Positions 1 through 7,542 of a DNA stretch of 46,630 bases are shown here, piece after piece. Made by a program: the position numbers and the translations under genes. The stretch comes from a virus. Lineage: Duplodnaviria; Caudoviricetes. The stretch spans positions 1-46,630 of IMG/VR virus record IMGVR_UViG_3300016659_000028, one strand, 5' to 3'. The first letter of the stretch is position 1; every line of letters begins with the position of its first letter. The notes under the pieces are model-generated. The model was given only the letters and a program-made list of their open reading frames with translations. It was not told the DNA's origin and did no database searches.

Positions 1-360
1 CCCAAAGGACTGAGCCTTGATGCTGCTAGCTTCTCCCCTCCATCGTCCGTGAGGGCTGCAGCGCGTCGAGGCTTAGAACTACGACGAAAGTATCACAAGG
101 GAGGCTTGACCACGCAAGAGGCTGGCAAGCAAGGGATTGGTAGTGGTGTGGCACGAGCCACGAGCTTGGCCAATGGGGAAGCCCTGAGTTATGACACCAT
201 CAAGCGCATGGCCGCCTTTTTCTCGCGCCACGAAAAAAACAAAAGTGGTGGCGAGAATGATGCTGGCTACATTGCTTGGCTGCTGTGGGGCGGGGACTCG
301 GGGCGATCATGGGCCAATCGCATCATTCAGCAGCAAGAAAGCAAGCAAGGCGACCGTTAA
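1..360 (+). CDS. 3' part of a head-module protein (5'-truncated by the window edge)
   Basis: Frame 1 is open from base 1 (PKGLSLDAASFSPPSSVRAAARRGLE...). The motif GVARA..LANG..LS.DTIKRM..FFSRHE...AGYIAWLLWGGD.G..WA is a domain commonly seen in phage head morphogenesis regions. Confidence 0.7.
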   Translation, partial: PKGLSLDAASFSPPSSVRAAARRGLELRRKYHKGGLTTQEAGKQGIGSGVARATSLANGEALSYDTIKRMAAFFSRHEKNKSGGENDAGYIAWLLWGGDSGRSWANRIIQQQESKQGDR

Positions 361-384
361 GATAAGACTACTCGCTTCTTGGCC

Positions 385-699
385 ATGGATAGTGCCGACC
401 TGGACTTGTACGACGATGGCGAAGAAGAAGACTTTTCCGTTGATGATGCTCTGCGCATCCTGAGCATCAATTCCCATCGCAATACAACGCGATGGGCAGT
501 GGTCAGGAAAGAACTGTTTATCAATGGTCGCCCCACTGAAGATCAAACTTACGTGGAGCCACAGTACGAAAAGCCCGACCCGGAGTTTGAGGAGAACTAT
601 CGCATGTTATTTTTTGAAGCCATTGCAGTAGCCAAGGCGTATGTCATGGCCGGGATTGAAGCCGAGATTCAGCAGACGAGGGAATCTTCAGAGCGATGA
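385..699 (+). CDS. hypothetical acidic protein in the head module
   Basis: ATG at 385, preceded by a TAAGAT box at 358-363; co-oriented with the head genes. Confidence 0.65.
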   Translation: MDSADLDLYDDGEEEDFSVDDALRILSINSHRNTTRWAVVRKELFINGRPTEDQTYVEPQYEKPDPEFEENYRMLFFEAIAVAKAYVMAGIEAEIQQTRESSER

Positions 700-949
700 A
701 ATTGGGGTAGCCTAGGAGCCACAATACGGACATGGTGAACAGGCCGCTAAGCGTGGCAATCTGTACGGCACTAGGCTCTAAGTCTCCACTTTCCATGCGC
801 GAATAGGACGATTGGCTAATCTCAAGTCTTGCGGCTACATTGCGTTGCGAAAGACCACTATCAAGACGTGCCTGCTTAATTCGTGATGCAACAGTCATTC
901 GTCGTTGAGCATGAGGCATCTTAAGCAAATTAGCTTGATGATTCTCCAT
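644..949 (-). CDS. XRE-family helix-turn-helix transcriptional regulator
   Basis: RIKQARLDSGLSQRNVAARLEISQSSYSRMESGDLEPS is a typical HTH_3/XRE signature. Start 949 chosen because a minus-strand TAGCAT box lies 21 nt upstream. Confidence 0.85.
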   Translation of the reverse strand: MENHQANLLKMPHAQRRMTVASRIKQARLDSGLSQRNVAARLEISQSSYSRMESGDLEPSAVQIATLSGLFTMSVLWLLGYPNFIALKIPSSAESRLQSRP

Positions 950-1010
950 CGTTTGATTCACTGTTGAATCATGCTACTGGGGATGATGCTAGTTTGCATA
1001 GCATTATTAC

Positions 1011-2198
1011 ATGAGCAATACTTCTTTTCGGTACGATGTAGCGCCGATTGAGAAGTACGAGCTAACCCCCGAGGGTTATTTGCGGCTTCATGCCACAATC
1101 GCTCGTACTGGTGTTCAGCATTATTCCAATGCTGACGGTTCAATTCGTCGTGAATATCGCGCCCCTGAAGACGTGGCGCTCCCTGAAAGTCTTGCTTCGT
1201 TTGCGGGCAAGAGCGTAACTGACGAGCATCCCCCAGTCTTACTGGACAGTGCCAACACCAGAAACTATCAAAAGGGCTTCACTGGCTCTGAGATTGTTTA
1301 TGACAATGGCTTTGTCCGGGCAGTCATGACGATCACAGATCAGGACTTGATTGACAAGATTCAACGGGGTGATGCAACAGAAGTTAGCGCAGGTTATCGC
1401 GTTGCCTTTGACGCCAATCCTGGCACCACTCCCGATGGTGAACCGTATGACGGACGCCAAAAGGAAATCATTGGCAATCACGTAGCCGTGGTTAAAACCG
1501 GGCGTGCAGGCCCGCAAGTGAAATTGCATCTTGACCGTCAGGATGCCGCCGATCCTTCTCTTCTCAACTCTGGAGATTCTCCTATGACTACCGCCAAGGT
1601 GGTCTTTGATGGCGCTGACTTTGAAGTGAGCGAGGGTATTGCCCTTGCCATTGGCAAAGAACGTGCTGATGCAAAGACCTCTTACGAGGCCCTGAAAAAG
1701 CAGTACGACGAAATGTGTGGCCAAGCCTCCAAACTCAAGGAGGAAATGGACGCCATGGAAAAGACCATGAAAGGCAAATGTGATGCCGCTGATGGTCGTG
1801 CTGATGCCCTCGTTGCCGAAAACGAATCCCTCAAGGCTGATCTTGAAGCGGCTAAGGCCGTGAATGTTGACAGTCTTGTCGAAGAGCGCATTGCCCTCAT
1901 TGAAAAGGCCAAGCCTGTTCTTGACAGTGCCTATGTCTTTGCCGGCAAGTCCGCTCGTGAAATCATGGTCGATGCCGTTAAGGCTGTTCGTGGTGATTCC
2001 ATGAATCTGTCTGAACGGTCTGACGACTATGTTCAAGCCGCTTTCGACACCATTTCCGCTGACGACCGCAAGGATTCGTCTACTGGTCCGCTGCGTGATG
2101 CTGTGGCTTCGGCTGCCGTTTCTGCTGCTCCGACCAGTTACCGGCAAGCGATGGAGAAAGCCTACCTCCGTCCCCTCACCGTTTCCAAAGGAGCCTGA
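1011..2198 (+). CDS. DUF2213-like prohead maturation protein with C-terminal coiled-coil scaffold
   Basis: TPEGYL..ATIARTGVQ.Y, SLASFAGKSVTDEHP, EVSAGY and NHVAVV..GRAG motifs; acidic/basic coiled-coil C-terminal half; lies directly upstream of the decoration and capsid genes. Confidence 0.88.
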   Translation: MSNTSFRYDVAPIEKYELTPEGYLRLHATIARTGVQHYSNADGSIRREYRAPEDVALPESLASFAGKSVTDEHPPVLLDSANTRNYQKGFTGSEIVYDNGFVRAVMTITDQDLIDKIQRGDATEVSAGYRVAFDANPGTTPDGEPYDGRQKEIIGNHVAVVKTGRAGPQVKLHLDRQDAADPSLLNSGDSPMTTAKVVFDGADFEVSEGIALAIGKERADAKTSYEALKKQYDEMCGQASKLKEEMDAMEKTMKGKCDAADGRADALVAENESLKADLEAAKAVNVDSLVEERIALIEKAKPVLDSAYVFAGKSAREIMVDAVKAVRGDSMNLSERSDDYVQAAFDTISADDRKDSSTGPLRDAVASAAVSAAPTSYRQAMEKAYLRPLTVSKGA

Positions 2199-2201
2199 CC
2201 C

Positions 2202-2762
2202 ATGGCTGTTGCGTTTTCTGCGTCTGGCACTCCCACTGCGGGCGGTGTGCAGACCACCTATTCTCTGGTTCATGATGCCTTCCTTGAAGGCCAACTGGCT
2301 GATTCCCGCCCCAAAGTCATTGATTCCTACGTCAATGAAACCTCTGGCGTTGTGGCTTTCGGCAACCTGATGGTTTGGAACAGTGGCAGCACTGTTGCTG
2401 ACTCTGCCCGTACCATTTCTGGCGTTAGTGGCACTGTCGTTGGCGTGAACATTCTCACCTACGTTGATGAGACTGCTCGTGATGCCAACAATCGCCCTGG
2501 CGCCAAAGATCGTCAACTGATGAACGTTCTGCGTCGTGGCGCTTGCGTGGTGTACGTCCATGGTGCAGTAGATCCGTCTACTCCCGTGCGCGTCATCCAC
2601 GCTGCTTCTGGCGTGCAGTATGCCGGTCAATTCTCGGCATCTGCCGTTAGTGGCCGTACTGCCCTGCTGTCCAACGCTGCCTACCTGTCTCGGACCACTG
2701 GCAGTGGCTTGGCTGTTGTTGACCTGAACGGTCCCAACTTCACCCTTACCGCTAACGCCTGA
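2202..2762 (+). CDS. capsid decoration/cement protein
   Basis: 186 aa, rich in small residues and predicted beta strands; sits between the maturation protein and the major capsid gene. Confidence 0.75.
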   Translation: MAVAFSASGTPTAGGVQTTYSLVHDAFLEGQLADSRPKVIDSYVNETSGVVAFGNLMVWNSGSTVADSARTISGVSGTVVGVNILTYVDETARDANNRPGAKDRQLMNVLRRGACVVYVHGAVDPSTPVRVIHAASGVQYAGQFSASAVSGRTALLSNAAYLSRTTGSGLAVVDLNGPNFTLTANA

Positions 2763-2769
2763 GGAAACC

Positions 2770-3684
2770 ATGTCTGATTTTCGTATGGATGATGCGGGAC
2801 TGTTCCTCCAGCGCCAACTGGAGTACATTCGCCCGCAAGTGTTTGAGACGGCCTATGCCGACATCAAATATCCCACGATCCTGCCTGTCACCAGTGAGGC
2901 TGGCCCTGGCGCCCAGCAATTCACCTATCGGGTGATGGATAGCACCGGCAAGTTCGACTTCATTGCCGACAATGCTGACGATCTGCCGCGTGCTGACGTG
3001 AGCCAAGTGGAAAAGTCCATCTACTTCCGCTCCATTGCTGGCTCTTTTGGCTACACCGTGCAGGAACTGCGTGCTGCTCAAATGGCCAATGTGGCTCTTG
3101 AGTCGCGTCGTGGTACCGCTACCCGTCGTGCCTATGAGGAGAAAGTGGAAGACATTGCGATGTTTGGTGATACCACTGTCAACCTCACTGGATTCTTCAA
3201 TCATCCTGGTGTTGACATCGTGACTGCTGACAAGTGGTTTGACACTGCCAGTATCACCACTGCTGAAATGCTGGAACTGCTGAACTATGGCTCCACTGCC
3301 ATTGTCAATGCTTCCAACATGAAAGAGCAGCCCGACACTCTGCTCATGCCGTGGACTGACTATCAAAAAGTTTCGTCCACTCGCAACAGTGATTCCAGTG
3401 ACCTGACCGTTCTGGAATACTTCATGCGGACCAATCCCTACATCCGCAACATTGAGCCCATCCTGCAACTGGACAGCAGCAAGACTACGGGCAAGCTCAA
3501 CACTCGCCGGATGGTGTTCTACAAGCGCGATCCCGAGAAGCTCCAACTGCACATTCCGCAGCCTCTGGAGTTCTTCCCTCCGCAACAGCGCAATCTGCAG
3601 TTCATTGTCCCCGCTCATGCTCGCGTGGGTGGTGTGGCACTGTACTACCAGAAGAGCGTGATCTACGTGCAACGTAGCGCCTGA
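2770..3684 (+). CDS. major capsid protein (DUF2184/encapsulin-like HK97 fold)
   Basis: FL.RQLEYI.PQV.E..YAD, DDLPR.DV, FGY..QELRAA and GFFNHP motifs; GAGG ribosome-binding site upstream; synteny. Confidence 0.9.
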   Translation: MSDFRMDDAGLFLQRQLEYIRPQVFETAYADIKYPTILPVTSEAGPGAQQFTYRVMDSTGKFDFIADNADDLPRADVSQVEKSIYFRSIAGSFGYTVQELRAAQMANVALESRRGTATRRAYEEKVEDIAMFGDTTVNLTGFFNHPGVDIVTADKWFDTASITTAEMLELLNYGSTAIVNASNMKEQPDTLLMPWTDYQKVSSTRNSDSSDLTVLEYFMRTNPYIRNIEPILQLDSSKTTGKLNTRRMVFYKRDPEKLQLHIPQPLEFFPPQQRNLQFIVPAHARVGGVALYYQKSVIYVQRSA

Positions 3685-3731
3685 TTCATGCAAGGGGCGT
3701 TAAGCTAATTGGTGACTGTTTCTCCAAAACA

Positions 3732-4118
3732 ATGCTGATTGCCTATCGCCCCGAGCTTGAAAATCCTCCCCGCGAAGGTGGCTTTGGTGTCATTGTTGAT
3801 CAAGGACTGGTACAACTGGCCCCTGGTCTTAACAAAGATGTTCCTGAACAAGTGTGGCACGCGGCCCGTAATAACACAGAAGTCAAACGATTGATGCGGA
3901 TTGGGGCTATCGAAGAACTGGTAGAACAGGAAACCATCCAGGAAACCCCCAGTGACCTGAATGTTCTTTCCAATCTGCCGCAAAACGAAGCCCTGCGGAC
4001 CATTGAACTAATCCATGATGCAGAACTTCTGCTGGAATGGAAAAAGCGCGAAGGTCGTGTCAGGGTGCGTAATGCCATTGTTCGCCGTCGTACTGCCATT
4101 GCTGAAGGACGTGCCTAA
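3732..4118 (+). CDS. hypothetical head-completion/packaging accessory protein
   Basis: 128 aa immediately after the capsid gene; TAATG-coupled to the next gene. Confidence 0.6.
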   Translation: MLIAYRPELENPPREGGFGVIVDQGLVQLAPGLNKDVPEQVWHAARNNTEVKRLMRIGAIEELVEQETIQETPSDLNVLSNLPQNEALRTIELIHDAELLLEWKKREGRVRVRNAIVRRRTAIAEGRA

Positions 4119-4423
4119 TGGTCACTTACTCCGGGTTCTTGGAGCGGTTTCCTGAGTTCATTCCCCATCCATCGGGAATTGTTCTTGGAGCCATTGACGA
4201 AGCCTCAGCAGATGTAGACGAAGGTGTGTTTGGCTCTCAGTCAGACCGTGCCATCAAGCATCTTGCAGCCCATATCATTGCCCTACAACTGGTCCAAATG
4301 GGAGCCCAAATCGGCGCCACTGATGGAAAAGTCTATGGCAAGGGGCTAGAGGCCACTCAATACGGTCAAGAGTATCTACGGATGCTCAATAGTTGTTCTT
4401 CCACCATTGGTTTTGTTGTGTGA
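4118..4423 (+). CDS. head-tail adaptor (DUF4054-like)
   Basis: F..RFPEF, LAAH and T.YGQEY..M motifs. Confidence 0.8.
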   Translation: MVTYSGFLERFPEFIPHPSGIVLGAIDEASADVDEGVFGSQSDRAIKHLAAHIIALQLVQMGAQIGATDGKVYGKGLEATQYGQEYLRMLNSCSSTIGFVV

Positions 4424-4427
4424 GAGG

Positions 4428-4814
4428 ATGAACGGACTGTCGCCACTGGCAAACGCAACCCTAATTTGGGAAGTAGCTAGTGGCTATGCCTTGGATCCTT
4501 TCACTCAAAACTATCGCCCGGTTTCCAGTGGAGTGGTGTACTACGCCACTCTCAAGCAAAAGAACAATCCACGGTATGACTACCTGTTAGGGGCTGATCA
4601 TACTGCTGTGTATATGGAAGGGCGCTTGACTGGTCCATTGGCACTTTCGGGAGTTAGTGCTGGTGCATCAGCCAAAGCAACAATCAATGGGCGGGAAGGA
4701 CGATTTGAACTACTGCCAAACGAACATCTTGTTGAACACTACTGGCAGTTTCTAGGACAACCAATCAGGGGAGTGTTTAGACTGATTGGTAAAGGAAGCG
4801 TCTTGAACGCTTAA
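4428..4814 (+). CDS. putative head closure/stopper protein
   Basis: Size and position between the adaptor and the tail tube gene; function inferred from synteny only. Confidence 0.55.
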   Translation: MNGLSPLANATLIWEVASGYALDPFTQNYRPVSSGVVYYATLKQKNNPRYDYLLGADHTAVYMEGRLTGPLALSGVSAGASAKATINGREGRFELLPNEHLVEHYWQFLGQPIRGVFRLIGKGSVLNA

Positions 4815-4844
4815 CCATTTTCTTCCCCCTTTGTTTTTAAGACA

Positions 4845-5423
4845 ATGCTCTTCCATCCGACTGAACTGGTTAAGAGCCAAGACGTTATCCTGCGTGTTGG
4901 CTCCATCACTGGCACTGCCCGTCCTACCATCACTCAATCTGGCGCCACTTTCACCGTTAGTGGCGCTCCCACTCTCTACACGCTCCAGGCTGCTACCACT
5001 GCCTCCATTGCTTTCAATGATGGCAACACCGAGTTCTACCTTCTTGGCGGCGGTGGTTTCTCTGATAGCGTCATTGTTACTGCTGGCCTGACTGTTTCTG
5101 TCACTTCCTACTTCCAGAAGGATGTTGACGGCGCCACGTTCCTGCCCAATAGCTTTGATGAAGCCTTCCAAGTCATCACCACTGCTCGGTATGACAAGAA
5201 TGCCGAAGTGTACTTTGAGATGAATAAGGAACTTGGCGCTTCTGGTACCACGTTCTACTATGACCGAGTGGCTGGCATGTCGCGTGTGATGAACTACAAC
5301 GAAAGCTATCCTGCGGACAACTTGGTCGAGGTGACTTTTGATCTGGTGAGCCGTGCCCGTTATGGCATCCACCAATCTGCCACTAGCTCTGGCAGCATCA
5401 TTCCGATTGCTCCCAACTCCTGA
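4845..5423 (+). CDS. major tail (tube) protein
   Basis: 192 aa, Thr/Gly-rich; C-terminal NESYPADNLVEVTFDLVS typical of tube proteins; followed by an intrinsic terminator. Confidence 0.8.
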   Translation: MLFHPTELVKSQDVILRVGSITGTARPTITQSGATFTVSGAPTLYTLQAATTASIAFNDGNTEFYLLGGGGFSDSVIVTAGLTVSVTSYFQKDVDGATFLPNSFDEAFQVITTARYDKNAEVYFEMNKELGASGTTFYYDRVAGMSRVMNYNESYPADNLVEVTFDLVSRARYGIHQSATSSGSIIPIAPNS

Positions 5424-5448
5424 TAGTCCTTTCCATCGTTCCTTTGTT

Positions 5449-5479
5449 AGCCTCCCCATAGCGGGAGGCTTTTTATTTT
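5449..5479 (+). terminator. rho-independent terminator after the tail tube gene
   Basis: AGCCTCCC-catagc-GGGAGGCT stem-loop followed by TTTTATTTT. Confidence 0.85.
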
Positions 5480-5885
5480 GACCAATCTCCAACTACGACA
5501 AAAACTAGAGGCAATTCTTAGTTGCCCGCCTAATCTCATTGGCACTTACACGCTGCCCAATGGCCAAACCATTCCGGCCATTTACATGACTGGCACTCAA
5601 GGAGTACCAGCAGACTGGAAAGTGCAGGGGCTGGAGGTGACGATGGAGGAAATGCCAAGGCGGTCGCCAACTGCAGGAGTGGGAATTGTTGTAAGTCGTA
5701 TGGCGTGGGTGGTGATGCTGGTGAATTACAACGGTGGCACCAATGCCTTGGATCAAGCGGTGAGCCGGCTTGAGCGGGTGTTTCCCGACGCTAGCTTTTC
5801 TCCATCGCCCGAAACTGATATTGCCTATGGCCAGTATCGAATTGTCATCCCTGACACTCAAGTGAGGCCAGTGTTGCGGCCATGA
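5478..5885 (+). CDS. putative tail terminator/completion protein
   Basis: 135 aa with TTG start, in the tail module; size and LGTY....PAIY pattern are consistent with tail-completion proteins. Confidence 0.55.
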   Translation: MTNLQLRQKLEAILSCPPNLIGTYTLPNGQTIPAIYMTGTQGVPADWKVQGLEVTMEEMPRRSPTAGVGIVVSRMAWVVMLVNYNGGTNALDQAVSRLERVFPDASFSPSPETDIAYGQYRIVIPDTQVRPVLRP

Positions 5886-6103
5886 AAATGCTGACCAGCG
5901 ACTGCGGCAACGTATGGCTCTTTAATGTGACAAGAGAAGAGGAGCGATTAGTTGCGGGATTGGCATGTTTTGTCAGTAATTGCCCTGAGCAGGTGATTGT
6001 GCAATGGAAAGGCGAAAGGCTAATTATTGGTCTCCCCCATCGTGCCATTTCCAATCCCATGCCATGTCGTGTGCTGAACGCTAGACTTGCGCTGCTTAAT
6101 TGA
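5882..6103 (+). CDS. hypothetical protein
   Basis: 73 aa; ATGA overlap with the upstream gene. Confidence 0.55.
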   Translation: MKMLTSDCGNVWLFNVTREEERLVAGLACFVSNCPEQVIVQWKGERLIIGLPHRAISNPMPCRVLNARLALLN

Positions 6104-6108
6104 TTTCC

Positions 6109-6630
6109 ATGAGCCAATACAGCGAGTTTTTCTTGGTCGGCAGTCCAAAGTATGCTTCGATTGCTGGAGCCTTGCGGCTTCGCAGTTATGGCAGTTGGCT
6201 TACTGAAGAACTGTGGCTGCGGGATGCGCAAAACAAAAAGCGGGCTGAGTTTTCAATGAAGGCCATTCGCTTGGCACGACGCATTGCAGCAAAGCAAGGA
6301 ATCAGTGAAGATGATGCTTTCGACATCCTCCAAGCTGATGGCCCTGAAAGGCAGGAAGTGTTGGGAGATTTCACAGAAGAGGCAGCGGCATTGTTTGCCC
6401 TCCTCCCATCGCCCCAAGAGCAATTTGAAGAACTGGTGACAAAGTTCTTTCAGAACCGGGGAGAAGTCAAAAAGGGCGCGGAATGGACCTCCACGACCGA
6501 CTGGAGCCGGGAGGACACTGGCAAGCTCACCAAGACCATGCTTGATGCTGTGGAGGCATTCATGGCCAAGGAAGAGGGAGCCAGTGAGGCCGAGGCAGAA
6601 GAGGACGAAGCCCCAAAGGAACAAGGCTAG
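6109..6630 (+). CDS. tail assembly chaperone (gpG-like)
   Basis: Acidic helical protein between the tube and tape measure genes, with a slippery heptamer near its 3' end. Confidence 0.75.
   Translation: MSQYSEFFLVGSPKYASIAGALRLRSYGSWLTEELWLRDAQNKKRAEFSMKAIRLARRIAAKQGISEDDAFDILQADGPERQEVLGDFTEEAAALFALLPSPQEQFEELVTKFFQNRGEVKKGAEWTSTTDWSREDTGKLTKTMLDAVEAFMAKEEGASEAEAEEDEAPKEQG
6612..6618 (+). other. programmed -1 frameshift slippery site C CCA AAG
   Basis: In-frame X XXY YYZ heptamer. The -1 frame reads PKGTRLERLEKHCEATLAQSTDWAALYCRIQ... without a stop until 7034. Confidence 0.75.
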
Positions 6631-7034
6631 AGCGGCTAGAAAAGCACTGTGAAGCCACGTTAGCCCAGTCTACGGATTGGGCTGCTTTGTATTGCCGCAT
6701 TCAGGCGCTTGCCATTGCTGATCCCATGTTTCATGCGGAAAGGTTTGGCAAGGTGCCAATCCGCTTGTTGCAAATCATGCTGGAACAAGCCAGTACAGAA
6801 CAGCAAAGGCTAATCAACGCTCATAGTATGAGCACGGCTAAATTAGCAGTGACAGTTGTTGGAGCCCTAGGCGGAAAGACTGCAAGAGCAAAAGTAGATG
6901 ACTTCTTGCCGTTTGAGCAAGATAAACCAAATGGCATCAGTAGTGAAACCAAAGAAGCCCTGCAATGGGCGCTGAAAAACCATAGGCTTCCTCCTGCTAT
7001 CGTGGGACTAATTGGAGCAGAACTGGCACGATAA
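6615..7034 (+). CDS. frameshift extension of the tail assembly chaperone (gpT-like part of G-T)
   Basis: Open -1 frame containing the track ORF 6687..7034, which has only a TTG start. Confidence 0.7.
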   Translation, partial: KGTRLERLEKHCEATLAQSTDWAALYCRIQALAIADPMFHAERFGKVPIRLLQIMLEQASTEQQRLINAHSMSTAKLAVTVVGALGGKTARAKVDDFLPFEQDKPNGISSETKEALQWALKNHRLPPAIVGLIGAELAR

Positions 7035-7540
7035 TGGCATCTAAGAATTACGATTCTATGCGCATGATTGCCAAGACCATTTCGCTGCCCAGCGAAGTGT
7101 TCAAGGAACTGATGGACCGAGTGGGACTTGAGTTCCAAGGGGCGTTTGAGCTTGATTTTCCCTATAACCGTCCTGAAGGAATCAGCGTGATCAGAGAGAA
7201 TGGCGTACCAAAGATTGTCAGGGGCGTCACGGGAACATTGCGAGAGAATGGCGACCACTTATCAGCGGAAGGCAATTTGCCTTATTCGCCACGAGACATT
7301 GTTGACATGGGAGGATTGAAAGCCAGTCAGCAGCGTTTTGACATGCCCAATGCTACGTTATTTCGATGGACAGGAAATAATGAGCGGGACTATGCCTTGT
7401 TTGTGCATGATGGCTACACTCCAAAGTTATTGGGTAGAGACTGTAGGCCAGTACCAGGAAGGCCGTGGACTTTGCCGGTATTGCTTAGAATGAAAACAAC
7501 GATTGCCGAAACTAGAAAGCGGCGACTTGGGGGAGGCTGA
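7034..7540 (+). CDS. neck/tail completion protein (HK97 gp10-like)
   Basis: SPRDIVD.G.L..S, YA.FVHDG and PGRPW motifs. Confidence 0.65.
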   Translation: MASKNYDSMRMIAKTISLPSEVFKELMDRVGLEFQGAFELDFPYNRPEGISVIRENGVPKIVRGVTGTLRENGDHLSAEGNLPYSPRDIVDMGGLKASQQRFDMPNATLFRWTGNNERDYALFVHDGYTPKLLGRDCRPVPGRPWTLPVLLRMKTTIAETRKRRLGGG

Positions 7541-7542
7541 TT

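Noticed and set aside
1239-3693. Long antisense ORFs of 529 aa (1239..2828) and 313 aa (2752..3693)
   Set aside because: They shadow well-supported head genes, have no recognisable motifs, and are explained by sense-strand codon bias.
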